A stretch of DNA of 61,947 nt, filler included, from 9 parts of 9 records of this genome joined end to end with filler, not necessarily neighbours in it; one strand, 5' to 3'; counted from the whole stretch's first letter, positions 11,873 to 24,749 are shown. The notes: a model not told the origin generated them from the sequence alone. Numbers and translations: made by a program.

Positions 11873-12019
11873 CCGATCGTGGTGAGAGCTACGAGTGTTG
11901 TGATTTGCGGGAGCTAACTGCCTGACAATATGATTGTGGCGCAGATTATAAACGATTAAAGCTCGTCGGTACGAGCTACTAGTGCAAGTCTATAATACTT
12001 ATTGTTAGTTGAATTGATA

Positions 12020-14226
12020 CTAAGCCACACGGGACCGGCTACTGTGCACTCTGCATTGCCGTTCAATTGCAGCGTGAGGCACCTCCGTCGCTCCGATGTT
12101 CTCCCGCAGCGTCTCCAGCGCCGCCTCCTGGCAGATATTGGCCAGCTCGGCCCCCGACAGGCCGTCGGTCATCTCGGCCGCCCGATAGACCAGCCCTTCT
12201 AGTCCTTCCCTACTCACCGCCACTTTGCTCGCCAGCAGTCGCAGGATCTCAGTCCGAGCCACAAGGTCTGGTCGCGGGACCTGCCAACCGCTGGCCCGGC
12301 CCGAGCTGAGCGAGACCTCGATCATTAGCTCGATCCGGCCAGCCCGGATGGCGGCTGGGTCGATCTTATCTGGATGACAGCTAGCTGCCATCACTACCAC
12401 CCGCGCATCCTGCACCACAGCTCACTAGGTAAGCCACTCGCAGCCACCTCAGTGCGCTTCATCCCATCCATTTCGGTTAACATCTGCGAGAGCAGCCGGC
12501 CCGAGCTGGCGCTGCTAACCGTCCGCCTAGGGGCGAGCGCTTCCAGCTGATCTATAAAGAGCACGCAAGGTGCCGCCGCTCTTGCCCGTGCAAACAGCGC
12601 CGCAAGGTTGCTTTCGGATTGGCCAACCACCCGGGACAGCATCACCGGGGCCTGGACCTCGATGAACCCGCAGCCGAGCTCGTTGGCCACTGCCTCAGCC
12701 AGCAGCGACTTGCCGCATCCAGGTGGTCCGTGCAGCAGCACTCCCCTTGGGGGCTCGACCCCAAGCCTGGCGAACCCGGCCTGCCACGCAGGATCCAACG
12801 GACAGATAACGGCCGACCGGAGCGCCCGGACCGCATCTGGCCGCCCGGTCAGGCCGCACTGGCTGGTCGCACCGTCGAGTCCAGCCACGGAGCTGAAGGT
12901 TGCGCCCGCCCTCCTTGGGCCGACTGTCTCGAGCCCTGCTGGCGCCCTGCGGGTGAGCGCATATTCAAACTCGCCGAGCTTCGGATGGCTCTTGAGCGCA
13001 ACAGCGTCGCTGCACAGCGCGCGCAAGTCGGCTGCGGTGTACCTGCGCCGTCGATGAGCCTCTCGGCACCGTGGGAGGCACCCCGATGTGCGAGTGGCCA
13101 GCGTCGCAAAGTCTGTGCCAGTCAAGCTGCCCGCCTTGGCTATAGCCGCCTGGAGGATGGCCATCCGCTGCTCTGCCTTGGGCGGCCGGATGGCCAGGCA
13201 GTGTCCAAAACGACCAGCCCTGAGCAGCGCCGGGTTGACTGCTTCAGGCGTCGAGCAGGTTGCGAGCACCAGGCTGCCAGAGGGAAGCCCATCCATTACC
13301 TGGCCCACAACGGCGCAGAGCGCCACTGTCCCGGCCCCGCCGGAGCGCGGGGCGAGCAAGTGTATCTGGTCGATTACTAGGATCCGGCCGGGCCCCGCAG
13401 CTTCAACCGCGTCAGCCACCGCCTGCTCGGGTGTGCTAGAGGCCACCAACTCCGCTGCCGCGAACAGCCGCAACGGCAGCCGGCCCGCCTCGGCCACTGC
13501 CCGCACCAGCAGCGACTTGCCGGAGCCGGCAGCTCCGCAGACCAGCACACCTCGTACCGGGCCGCCGGAGAGCGCCTGCCTGCATCGATCGACTAGCTCC
13601 CGACACACCGACGGGTAGCCGGCAAACCGTCCCGCCACAGCCTCGGCCCACGCCCCGGGCTCCGGCAGCTCTGACCCCGCTGGCGGCTGAGGTATGGTCT
13701 CCGGGGCTGGGTGTATGGCCAGCTGGGTACTCACACCGATCACCACCGGCTCCTCAGGGCTGACGCTAGTGACCCAGAAGGCCTGATCGATCCCGCGGAA
13801 GCGATGTCCGATCAGCGAGCCGGCGCCCACCACGCGGCCAGTCAGCAGCTCTCGCACGGCGGTGGCCACCGCCCCGCGAGCCGGCGGGCAGCCCGCAGTC
13901 GGGGCTAGCCTGCCGCTCCGGTCCACATCTAGCTGGGTCACCGCAACGGACTGAGCCGGCGCCGGCCGGTCGATGGGCGAGAGCTGCACGCGTACTGTGT
14001 TCCCGGGGGCCGCCCCGAGCTCGGCCGCGGCCAGCCTTCCGAGCTCGAGCTCCGGCCCGTCGCCGGCCGCGCAACGCAACAGCCCGCTCCCGCCCGGGCC
14101 GCGGACCCGGAGGACCGAGCCGGGCCGGAGGCCGCAGTCGGCGAGCACTGCGGCGGGCACCGCCAGCCCGGGGGACTCCGGCCCGGCCCGGACGGCCCCC
14201 ACCCGAAGCTCGGCCTCGCCGCTCAT
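12020..14226 (-). CDS. CDC48/AFG2-like double AAA+ ATPase, >=4 introns
   Basis: CDC48-like N region, Walker A motifs GAAGSGKS and GPPGCGKS, SRH motifs PALLRAGRF and DPAAIRAGR, and GLSGAELANICQEAAL. Walker B reads DQ in both domains. Confidence 0.9.
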
Positions 14227-14377
14227 TCAGCCCCGGCGGCGAGCTGATTTGACGTTGGCAAAAAGGTGAAGGAGGCAAAAGGTGGGTGGTACGAGTCGGC
14301 ACCGTGGCTACTGCGGGAGGTTCCAACCTCGATTTCAGTCTTGCTATCCCCTCACTGACCCATGCGACCGGTTCTCC

Positions 14378-14940
14378 ATGCTCGGTTTCCCGCCTGTGGC
14401 ATTCCCCGGAACTTTGATAGGGAGAAGAGTCTCACCCCAAGGCTTGCGCCTAGGAGCGGCCCCCAACACGGTACTTGAGGCGGACAAGACGTCGGCAACC
14501 GAAGGTTGGGCCCACAGCAGCCACAAATGCCTCCAAGCACCCAATTCCGGCGCTGCCTTACAGGTGGTCGCTACGCCACCCGGACAAAATCTGACCGCGT
14601 CAAACGGGTATTTATTCACGCCTCTAAACTCTCGCTCACGAATTGTGGGAGCCAGCCCTGCCACACGCGCAGCAGGCGGGGGCGCATCGCGGGCAGACAC
14701 CCCGGCCGCGGGGAATGGCCGCCACCATGACGCCGATCCCGATCAGTCAAGGTGGCTCATCCGGCCAATCGGCCCGTGGCTCACCCGGCCGGCAGAGGAA
14801 GAGCCCGAGAGTCCGCGGGCCGCCTCTGACGACGACCTGCTCCTGTCCGTGACCGAGACCGTCACCGACGAGTTGCAAGAGATGGACTCGGTCTCGGACG
14901 AGGTGCGCCTCCCCCCGGGCTCAGCCCGCTACTCCACCCC
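14378..14940 (+). CDS. hypothetical protein, truncated at the contig end
   Basis: Open frame divergent from the AAA gene with an acidic C-terminal part; no recognisable motif. Confidence 0.25.
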
Positions 14941-15040
14941 NNNNNNNNNNNNNNNNNNNNNNNNNNNNNNNNNNNNNNNNNNNNTTAATTAATTAANNNN
15001 NNNNNNNNNNNNNNNNNNNNNNNNNNNNNNNNNNNNNNNN
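14941..15040. other. artificial contig spacer
   Basis: N44-TTAATTAATTAA-N44. Confidence 0.98.
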
Positions 15041-15887
15041 GGCTGCTGCAGAGAAGAAGAAGGCCGAGGAGGCTGCCGAAGAGATGAAGGCGAAGCGGGA
15101 GGCCGCACGTAAGACACGACTGGAGCGAGCCAAGGAGCCGATCTTGGACACGACCTCTGGGATCCCGCAACATTGCCACGACTTTGAGATTGTGAATGAC
15201 GAAATGGTCAAAGTGGATCACCAAACAGACTGGCGGTGCGCTGGACTATGTGACGAATCGATCCCCAGGATGGAATTCGGCTTTGAGCTCACCCAAGACG
15301 AGGCCAAGAAGCAGACCGGCCATGTGCTCTGTCGCAAACCCCTGGACACAAGTGGGAGCGAGGCCAAAGCCAAGTTTGAGTACGTTGTGGAGGCCAAGGA
15401 TCCGGAAACGGTCGGTCACTGCTTCTGTTGCTATATTGTTGACCCTTCGGTGCCTGACTGGGACCGTGACTTCGACGGCACCGGCCCGGGTGGATTCACT
15501 GGCAAGAAGGCGGCTGTGCTTGGGATCATATTTGATTTCACTGGGGTCTCGTGCGGCTCTGCGAATCATGTGGCAATCAAGGCCCCCGATGGCACCCTGC
15601 TGACCAAAGCCCCTCTGGACTGCGATGTCATCACGCCCATGTGTATAGACGAAGATGGCGACGAGGTGAATGCGTGGCGGAAAGTCAAAGTTGTGTTTGC
15701 TGTGGACGACCATCTAGTCTCCGTATTCGTGGATAAGAAGAACGTGATCCATGAATTTGCGCTGACTGCGATTCCGCTCCTGCCAAAGGTTGTGTGCATC
15801 GGAATGTGTGCGGCTTGCACTGTAGAAAAACACGCTCATATCTGTGTCAATGATCTTATCATGACCAACAAGGAAGAACAACAATAG
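15041..15887 (+). CDS. partial gene: coiled segment plus C-terminal L-type lectin/ConA-like domain
   Basis: FELTQ----QTG-----P, F-Y, CFCCYIVD, GFTG----LGIIFDF, NHVAI, WRKVKVVF and VSVFVD follow the legume-lectin beta-sandwich spacing. Confidence 0.5.
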
Positions 15888-16060
15888 ACTGTTTTAAGAC
15901 TTAAGAATACAATACTCAAGAATCAGACAATCAGTTACTTCAGTGATTATTATAATCAGTAATTAAACGTGTCTTGAAAATATTCAATAGTTGATTACAC
16001 GTGCACGTAGCTCAGCTCGCTCGCTCGCTCAGCTTGATCTGAACACCTGAGTGACCTGAC

Positions 16061-17222
16061 ATGTCATCGCGATCGGTCGAAAATAGAACATCAAAGGTCG
16101 TTGGCGAGAAGGGGGGAGCGGCAGCAGCATGGAAGGCCCTGTTGGGCAGGTGCGTCGGGGGGTTTGGCGTCGGTCCGGGCTGATCCGGGGGCGGGCAGTC
16201 GCTCTCAATCACCAAGGAGTCGCCCACCAAGACCAAGACCATCCTCGATCGGCTAGTCCGGCAGAAGGATGTGTTGGACAACCAGTTCACGCTTATCCAG
16301 AAGAGCACCCTGGTCCGCCCCACCAGCCGAGCCGCAGGCTGACCGGGCGCGCAGGAGCACCGGCAGAAGGAGGCAGTCCGTGTAGCCAACGTCGAGGAGC
16401 ACTTGGTCGGCTCGATCGGGAACGGGTGGCTGAGGGACGGCAGGTGGTGCTGGAGGAGGACACTAAGAAGCACCTGGCCGAGGTGCGCGAGGAGCTCTCA
16501 AAGTTCGGCCAGGTGGGCGCGGATCGGGCCGAGTGAGCTGGCGGGGGTAGGTGTATGAGAAGAAGATCCTGGATCTGGAGAAGAAGTGGGAAGAGGCGCT
16601 GATAGTGCAGGCGCGGGAGGAGGCGGTAGTGATCGACACGCTGGAGGGGTCGTGCGTCAACATTAGGGAAGCGATGAAGCGGCTGATGAAGTACGAGGAG
16701 GACACGCTCCGGACGCAGAAAGAGCAGCTTTTGGCCAAACTGCAGGAGCTCAAGGTTTCTTTTCATTTTATTTTATTTTCATGCGGTCATAGGTGATGGT
16801 GGACGAAGAGCGGATAGAGCAGATGAATAGATCCAAAATGGCTCAGAAAAGGCTCGAAAAGTACCTGCAGCAGATGCAGGAGAAAATCGATGCCAGTGCG
16901 GTGCGGCTTGGGCGATGCAGGGGGTGACGCGGATACAGGAGGAGCTGGAGCACCAGGTGCAGGATGTCAGGACTGTGTTTGACGGCAAATTTCTCTCGCT
17001 CACGCACAGGACGGATGAGCTGCATCACAATGTGCTCAACAGGCTGGGCGAAATCAAGGCATTCATGGCCAAGTCCAAGAAGGTGCGGCCGGGGCGAGTG
17101 GCGGGCGTGATGCGGTGGGGCAGGAGAGGATCGATGTTCATAGTGAAATCGTCAACTCGGTGGATGTGTATGGCAAAATGATGCAGGACACGTTCCAGCT
17201 GATAGAAGAGCGCCAACAGTAA
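16061..17222 (+). CDS. coiled-coil protein, possibly SF-assemblin/beta-giardin-like, several introns
   Basis: Spliced heptad-rich product ending ERIDVHSEIVNSVDVYGKMMQDTFQLIEERQQ*, reminiscent of the SF-assemblin C-terminus. Start uncertain. Confidence 0.45.
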
Positions 17223-17703
17223 CTTTGACGAAAGGCATAAGCTCAATCGAGGCCAACTGCTCACTGGGTTGGGATTGTTACGTTCGTGTACTCGTACGCT
17301 CATGTACACCCCGGTTGATATTCGTCATAAAATCCATGATAATCTCAAGCATATGCCAATGACAAAACGCATCGATGGCGCCTGTTTACATGTACCTCGT
17401 GATCATCATGCATATGATTGTGCAATCGAATGACAAGTAGACAGCTCTTGGGCTGTACATGTACATTGTCGATTTCTTTAATTAAATCAAGAGGACAATT
17501 GAATCGCGTAAAGACCTCCCTCACTGTACGCGCATGCCGACCCCCACCCACCCACGCCGCGTTCACAGCGACCTGGGACCACACGATTATGAACCATACC
17601 GTATAGTACAATCATGTACGAACCATACACGAACCATGGTTAAACCATGGTTGCACCACACTATAGTAACACTATAGCACCACACTGGAGGATTCAAGAA
17701 CGT

Positions 17704-20700
17704 TTATTGCTTCAATTTTGGATGTGACCGAAGGAAATCAAAAAATGAGCAATCAAAGCCTAAGGGTGCAGCCTCGACTAGAGAGGCATACGTTTTCAGC
17801 ATGCGCGGTGAATGCTCCTTGGCCAAGAGCGACAGATCAAAACGTTGCCAGACCTCGCTAGATGCGACCGGAGAAACAAGCTTGCTTAGCAAGATTTCAT
17901 CCCAGCCAGATATCCTGAGGCTCTCAGGGGCTTGTGGCTTGAGGAAAATCGCAATCAGTGACGCAAACAGCGGATGCCCAAAGGAAGTATGCGTAAAGGT
18001 GTCCAACAGCCTGTCCCCCGTGCTTGCAAGCAGCAAGTGAGCGGAGCTTACCGATGCAAGAGGTCGTTGTGCAGCTCGAGCACAAGTACATCCTGGGCAC
18101 ATAACTCGAGCAGTTTCCCAAGAACCGGCGCAACATCCGGGTGCTGATACAACGGCTGGCTGTGCAGAAAGACCGCGGCGAGGTGGTTGAGCAGTGCCGG
18201 GTCCTGTAGCGACTGCTTGCTCCACTGTGGCAGCGCGCGGACCAGTGAGACTAGAAGCTCGAGCTTGTCATGTACGGTCTGAGGGTTGCTGTCGCCAGCC
18301 AGGATCCCCCACAGGAACTCGCGAGGCAGCGGCAGGGCAGAGCTATCAGCTGTTAGGAGCAGCGAGGATGGCAAGTCCAGGTCGGCCTCCGTAGTGTCAA
18401 GCACAGGCAATCGAGTCACTGCTGAGACTCTCTCGGCTTGAGGGAGCATCGCGCTGGATAGAATCGGAGCCAGTACATGAGCTCTGATGGCAGCGGCGGT
18501 CGGTGCAACCTTCCCCAGATAGCACGGCTGGAAGAGCACACAATCGAGCAGGTAGCGCGCAATGACTTCGTCCCCCGGCTTGAGACGTGACAAGGTCGCC
18601 AGAGCTGACTCCAGCATCAGGAGAGGATCCACACCCGACGAGGCATCGGGGACGCCCGTGTAGATTGCGTCCAGAACCAGTATCGCCATGCTCGCCAGCT
18701 CTGGAGTCGAGTCAAGCAGAGGTAGCACCAGCTCTACAAGCCGGGTGCAGGAGCCTGGGTGCGGCCTGCCGATGTCAGTATGTAGCCGGAGTAGGGTGCT
18801 CACTAGCTGCAACAGCCCCAGCAGCCAAGCCGTCCCCGTATCCAGCTCGTCCAGTGCCACTACTGGCACCACCACCGACCCCCAGCAGTGCTCGGCCTTC
18901 TCGAGCACCGCCATGTCTATCTGGACAGCCTGCCGCAACTTGCCAAACCAACAGCACAGCATTCCAAGCGCTGCGGAGCTCTTCGCGTCGGCAGCATCGT
19001 CAAGTTCCCGTACCAGCACTCCCTGCGATAGCCACTCGATGGCCTCATCCGCAATGGGAGCCAGGCGTGTAGGAGGCAGCACATGGCACGCCGAGGTGTA
19101 CAAAGAGAACACGGCCGCCGTGTTGTGGAACATCGGCTCGACCCGCGCCTCAGGGCCCATTAGAAACGGATGCAGGGTCATCAGCGAGTCTGGGTCCACC
19201 CGATATATTGTGGCCACCCTCCACAGTTTCATCACCTGCCCTGGCCTCAGAGAACTAGATAGGCGCGTGCAGCACCTCTGTGAACACTGCAGGGTGGTCA
19301 GCCTGGAGCGCAGCCGGCGCATCGTCCCCTGGCGCCAGCAGGTGTCGCTTCGTACTGTTCAGTATGCCTTGCACGCTCAGCTCTCGCGCCATGGCCCCGC
19401 TCGATTGGGCCAGGATCCTCAGCAGCCGGATCGCGCCAGACACTGGATAGCCGCCATACGGATACTGGCCAGTGCTGGATGAATCAAGCTCCACAAAGCA
19501 GCCTCGAACTGTGGCGAGCAGCCGAGGGCACTGGGCCACCTGTCGGCCAGTCAGGCCGCCCCGTGTCATGCGGGTTGTTCACCTTGGCGGCTGCCCATTT
19601 GGAGTGGGACGCAATGATGCAGAGCATGTTGAGAACAAGGTGGACAGCGTTGGCCAGCTGCATTACTTCTAGCACGTACCGCAGCCTCGGCAGGACTGTC
19701 ATCAGCACCCAGCCACTCACAAGGTCGGCGGCGGCTATATCCTCGTCACACAGCTGCTCCTCCTCTTCTGGAGTGCTGGTCTGCGTGCTTGGGTCCACAG
19801 CGATCCCCCACTCTACAGCCGACAGCGCGTCCAGCTTGCATCCTCCTTCCCGGGCATCAGCCTCGAGCAGCGCATGCGAAGCCTCCAAGGCGGCGCACAG
19901 CACAGAGGCCTGGTTGTCGTCGAGCGAGCAGCGGAGCAGCGTGGCCACTTTCATGTCTCTTAGGTCGTCTCTCAAGCTAAGCCAGTCTGTCGACTTGCTC
20001 TGGCACTGCACCATACGAGCCAACAGCGACAGGCTCAACGCTCGCTGGGCGGGCGCCGCAGACTGCACGAGCATGAACATTTCCTGCAGCGTGTACCCGG
20101 CCTTGTCCGGCTGGTCGCCGTGGTGGTGCAGATAGTCGGCTTCTTCAGGCCGGATGTCGCTCTCGGACACAATCACTTCCCCCTTCAAACCAAACCTCGC
20201 GTCAGGCCGCCGCAAATCCTCTGTCCCGCCGGTCAGCCCCGCCTCACTAGCCGCGGCCCACCCTGCAGCGTTTCGCCTAGGAACGGCCGTAGATGCGCTG
20301 GCTCCTGCCGGCCATTCGCATCTGCTGGATTCGTCCACTGCAGCTTGCTCCGATGCAATTCATCCTCTAGCGACTGCTCAGCTCCTCCGCTCGGCAGTTC
20401 CGGCTCCTCCGGCGGCGCGGCAGGCTCCTGCAAAGCTGGCTGGCTAGGCGGCTGGCCGGCGCTCCAGACGGCGCCATGTTGCTTCCACCTGTGGCCCAGT
20501 CATGTCTGACCGCACGCCGGACGGCACCGTTCGGCCACCTTGGAGGGGAGCGAGGCAAGCAGCGCCTGCTGGGCCTCGGCGATCTGGGCGGGGCTCATCG
20601 CGGCGATCACATTCTGGTTGTGGGCGCCGATCTCGCTCTCAGGCAGCTTGTTCTCTGGAACGGGGCAAGGCTTCTCCGGCTCAGCTGGATTCTCCCGCTG

Positions 20701-21484
20701 AGCAGCCCGGCGCTGCGCCCACTTGGACCGAGGCTTGCCGCCTGCGCGGTGCTCCTCCCCGATCTGCCTCAGACTGGCCGCCTGCCCGGCCGGTGACCGA
20801 TCGTTCTCACAAGGCTGATACCTCACGGTGCGCAACCCGCGGGAATCCGCCCGTACGGCGCTGCGGCTGCTCCGGGGGCCTGTCGCCGAACTCGTGCTCG
20901 ATGATGTCGCACATCGCCTGTCCCGCTGCTCAGCTGCCGCAGCCCGGTCGGGCAACCGCCGGCCCAGCCGCCGCCACCGGACCGGTCTCGGCCGTCGCCT
21001 GTGCCGGCAGGTGAGCCATTGCAGCCGGCCGGCGTGCCTTCTGTCGCCGAGCTTTGAACCGCGACTGCTTGGCTGGAGCCGCCGTCCCGCCCGGGGGAGC
21101 CTCTGGCGCTGGGTCCAGCTCCAGCGTGACCACATCCCTCTCAGCGAGCTCTGGTTCGGGCGCCGGCGGCTCGGGCGCAGGGCACTGGGCCACCAGCTGC
21201 TCGCCGTCGCGTATCTCGTCCGAGTCGTACCACCGCTCGGCCCCGTCGGCCAGCCGCAGCTTGTATTGCGTCTTGCCGGTCGCTGGGTCCACCACGCTGC
21301 GCAGCGCCGCCACGGCCTCCACCCAGCCCTCGGCTTTGCGGACCGCTGGCCGCAGGACCGGGGCCTTCCGGCAGACCCGGGCGGCGGGGGCGGCCGCGTC
21401 CCGCAGGAAGGCCTCCTGCTCGGCCAGCAGCTCCTCCTCGCTCGCCACCCCCCGGCGAAGCTTTGGGTGAGGTCCGCCCGACAT
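17704..21484 (-). CDS. RPAP1: RNA polymerase II-associated protein 1 (Rba50/IYO family), multi-exon
   Basis: N-terminal SEEELLAEQEAFL, RPAP1_N motif EI---N---IAAMS--QIAEAQQALL--L, RPAP1_C motif RF-LKG...LHHHGDQPDKAGYTLQE---L-QS--PAQR, and LLRCSLDD. Confidence 0.92.
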
Positions 21485-21550
21485 GTCCGGCCGCCGGTTG
21501 ATCCGTTGTTTTGTGATCCCCTGCATGGAGTATTTGTAGCGCTAGGCACG

Positions 21551-21727
21551 ATGGCCGAGGCGTCCGACTGCACAGGGGTGGGCAAGCGTCTGGTCCAGAC
21601 CAACGGGGTGATGTCGGCCGACTTGCTCCGGTCTGAGCTGACTGCCCGCGAGCACACCATCCTCAAACTCCGGGTCCGACTGGCCGAGCTGGCAAAGCTG
21701 CTCGACCAGTCTACCCGAGAGGGCTGA
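21551..21727 (+). CDS. possible 58-aa coiled-coil microprotein divergent from RPAP1
   Basis: MAEASDCTG...LLRSELTAREHTILKLRVRLAELAKLLDQSTREG* with GC-rich codons and a sense CCGTTG upstream. Confidence 0.3.
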   Translation: MAEASDCTGVGKRLVQTNGVMSADLLRSELTAREHTILKLRVRLAELAKLLDQSTREG

Positions 21728-22394
21728 GACGTTGCATAGAGACCTGTCGCATAGGATAGATCAACTAAGAGGCGCGATCGGTACGGCCCATGCAACGCTC
21801 GGCCAACCGGTGTGGCAGGGCTGGCGGCCACGCCTGTGACGGGGCGGGGCCTTCACCCGGAGAAGGGAGTGCCATTAGAAATGGTGAGGCCGCCGCCGCG
21901 AAAAAAGTTTGGAGCCAAGATGAGCCAGCGGCCTGCTGGACCCAATCTGCGGGTGAGTAATCCGATGGAGGTGGCAGAGGTGCGCGGCCGGCTTTGGCTC
22001 GGCGGAATTTGAGCTGTTGGCTGACAGATTATGAGTAAGATCGCAAACAAGCGAGGGGACGGGTTTAAAATGGCGGTCGATCGATCAGCCAAGGCACCGC
22101 TGCCGCCGATATTTAAAGCAGGGGGGCATGGCCTGCGAATGGGGATAAACGTATGACCTATCGCGGTATTGCGATACGTAATTGATGAAATGATATAATA
22201 AATCTATATAATAAGTAATTGACTATGGCTTAAAAGCTCGATGCCCTTGCAAGGCTGCAGCACAGGCGAAACGCTGCTGCTGTCATCCAGAGTGCATCAC
22301 TGTCACAACAGCTAGGCTACTTCGATTCGAGGACGCTTCTTCTGCTTCTGCACGATGCCGGTCTAATACAGCTGAGCGAGGAGCAACGCCCCGC

Positions 22395-23091
22395 TCACTT
22401 GTTGAGCGCTGAGTTGAATCGGCTCTTGAGGTTCTCCAGCCGGCCTCTCATGTGATCATCGTGCCCACCCCGCGGCACGCTGGCAGGCGGCGACCCCGCG
22501 CTCGTCCGCATCGACTCCAGCCTAGCCTGTCCGCGCGTCTCGGCCGCCGGATGCCCGTAGCACCTCGAATTCCCGGTTCCGAGCCTCAGCCTGGGCCTCC
22601 AGCTGCGCCTGGAGCCCCGGGTGAGCCGCCCGACCGCCAACGGAAAGATGCCTTGTACGCGTTTCGTTCCTGCGCGCCGCCCTGGTTCTGCCGCCCGCTC
22701 AGCCGGTCGGCGGGCAGCCCGCGCACCCGGATCAGGTCTACCGTTGGCTCCGAGAACACGCCGATGCGGGCGGCGCCAGTGTACGCCGATGCGTGCACGG
22801 GGGCCGGGGCCGGGGCGGTCGGGAGCCCGGCCGGGGCGTGGGCGGCCGGGACCTTGTGGGTGACCGGGGCCGGGTCGAATCTGCGACGGCTCGGGTCGGC
22901 GGGCCGGGCCGGGCACCGGCTGGCTGGGCGGGCCGGGCGGAATGGGTGGACCAAGTCAACCGGGGCCCGGACAGCCGGGACGGCGGCGGCGTAGCCGGGG
23001 CGCGGCTGGCTCAGGGCGGACGGCGCTGTGCTCCACCTGCCGCCCGTTAGCCCCGGCGGCCCGAGCTTCGGCACCGAGAAGGTCTCGCCAT
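22395..23091 (-). CDS. Pro/Ala-rich hypothetical protein with short introns
   Basis: ATG at 23091, an intron with a GCTAAC branch ending GGCGGCAG, and C-terminus MRGRLENLKSRFNSALNK*. Confidence 0.4.
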
Positions 23092-23131
23092 GATGATCCT
23101 TTTTATTTTTTTTTTATTCGGAGCACCAACC

Positions 23132-24482
23132 ATGGCAGTCACCCACGCTCGAAGGCGGGCGGCGGCGGCAGGCGGCGGGGACTTGGAGAGCGGCGCTGAC
23201 GGGGGGACGAGCGGCCAGCCACGGCACGAGTCGTCCGGGCACAAGTGCCCCCGGTACGCGCTGCGGGTAGTGGCGGGAGTGCTGGTGGGGCTGGTGGTGG
23301 GGTACTTTGTGGGCCTGGGCCGGGCCGGGATACGGACCTTCGAGGCGTTTGGGATGAGCAACCGGTGGCACGGGCTGCAGACGCACATCTGGTCCGCCAG
23401 CTCCGAGGCGTACCTCTCTGCAGAGCACTACTACCAGACGCAGCGGCCGCTCGTGATGGCGTCGGCCCGCAAGTTCAGATTGCACCAGTACTTCAGTCAC
23501 ACCCAGGTGGGCGGGTACCAGCCCAACTGGTTTGACCTGATATCGGCCCGGATGACCGCCATGGCCCACCAGTTTCGGCAGATCCCGCCGCGGGAGGATT
23601 TCAAGATAGAAAAGAATAAGTGCGACATGTACGATTTCTTCAAACGGAACAAGATGCCGTTCGCCCCAATCATTAAGCGGTACGACCAGCTGGACCGCGC
23701 GCTGGCCGACTGGGACGCTGACGCCGTCTTTGGGCCGAAGCAGCGTTTCCCGGTTATAATGAAGACCTGCCACATCACTCAAGGGATAATGAAGTCGACA
23801 GAGCTACTCCCGAGCGCCGAATACGTCAAGGCGCACAAGCAGGAGATCCGGGACTGGATTGAGTCCAAGTGGAACCTGCACCCGGACGACTGGACCCGGC
23901 CGTGGTACCAGGAAGGGAATGAGATCACTCAGAAGCTCGTCCCGGGGCTGTTCTTTCAGGAGGCGTTCCCGACCTATCACAGCCAGGCCAAGGACAAGAC
24001 GATCGTGGTCGAGATACGCGCCGAGGTCTTCTGGGGTCACGCCTACCTGGCAAACACGGACAGCGTCGACGGCGTCAACACGATTGTGCTGCGGGATGGC
24101 ACGATCGAAACTTACCCCGGGCTGCCCAACGTTGTGAGGAACGTGCCGACGCGCGTGTCGGTAGGCTGCGTCGGCGGCCCAGGCTGAGAGTGGGGGGCAG
24201 GCGGCTGTGGAGGAGATGCAGTGGATTGTGAATGAAGGGCATCTTGAGTGTGTGTGGGAGATGGCAGAGAAGGCCGCTAAGCTCATGGGGATTGATAGCG
24301 TTCGGATCGACATTTTCATCGCCAAGGGCCGGCCCAAGGGCTGCTCGATTAACGAGAACTCGCTCTCGTCCGGCAAGGACTACCACATGCACTCGGAGTT
24401 CATGGCCAGGCTCTGGGCGGAGCCACACATGGAGCGAACCTATCAGCTGTGGAATACCGGCAAGCCCGTCCATCAGCTTTGA
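23132..24482 (+). CDS. type II membrane protein with TupA-like ATP-grasp domain, 1 intron (24161-24200)
   Basis: An N-terminal TM anchor, then KCDMYDF, FPVIMKTCH, LFFQE, VEIRAEVFWG, AEKAAK----VRIDIF and INE in ATP-grasp order. Confidence 0.6.
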
Positions 24483-24649
24483 GCCGCCCTCGGGGCGCCG
24501 GCCGACCTTGTACCGCAGTCGAGGCCTCGGCACACCGAGCTTGCTTTTATACACCAACTAAATTAGTGAGTCTTGCAGCGTACCTGTGCTTGTGGGTGAG
24601 TTAGAAATGCACCAAAGGCTAGAAATCTTGTTTCTTTACACCGCGCTGA

Positions 24650-24749
24650 NNNNNNNNNNNNNNNNNNNNNNNNNNNNNNNNNNNNNNNNNNNNTTAATTA
24701 ATTAANNNNNNNNNNNNNNNNNNNNNNNNNNNNNNNNNNNNNNNNNNNN
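24650..24749. other. artificial contig spacer
   Basis: N44-TTAATTAATTAA-N44. Confidence 0.98.

Noticed and set aside
21730-22390. Long gene-free stretch as a possible ncRNA locus
   Set aside because: No tRNA, snRNA or rRNA signature recognised, only short chance hairpins. An Infernal/Rfam scan would be needed.
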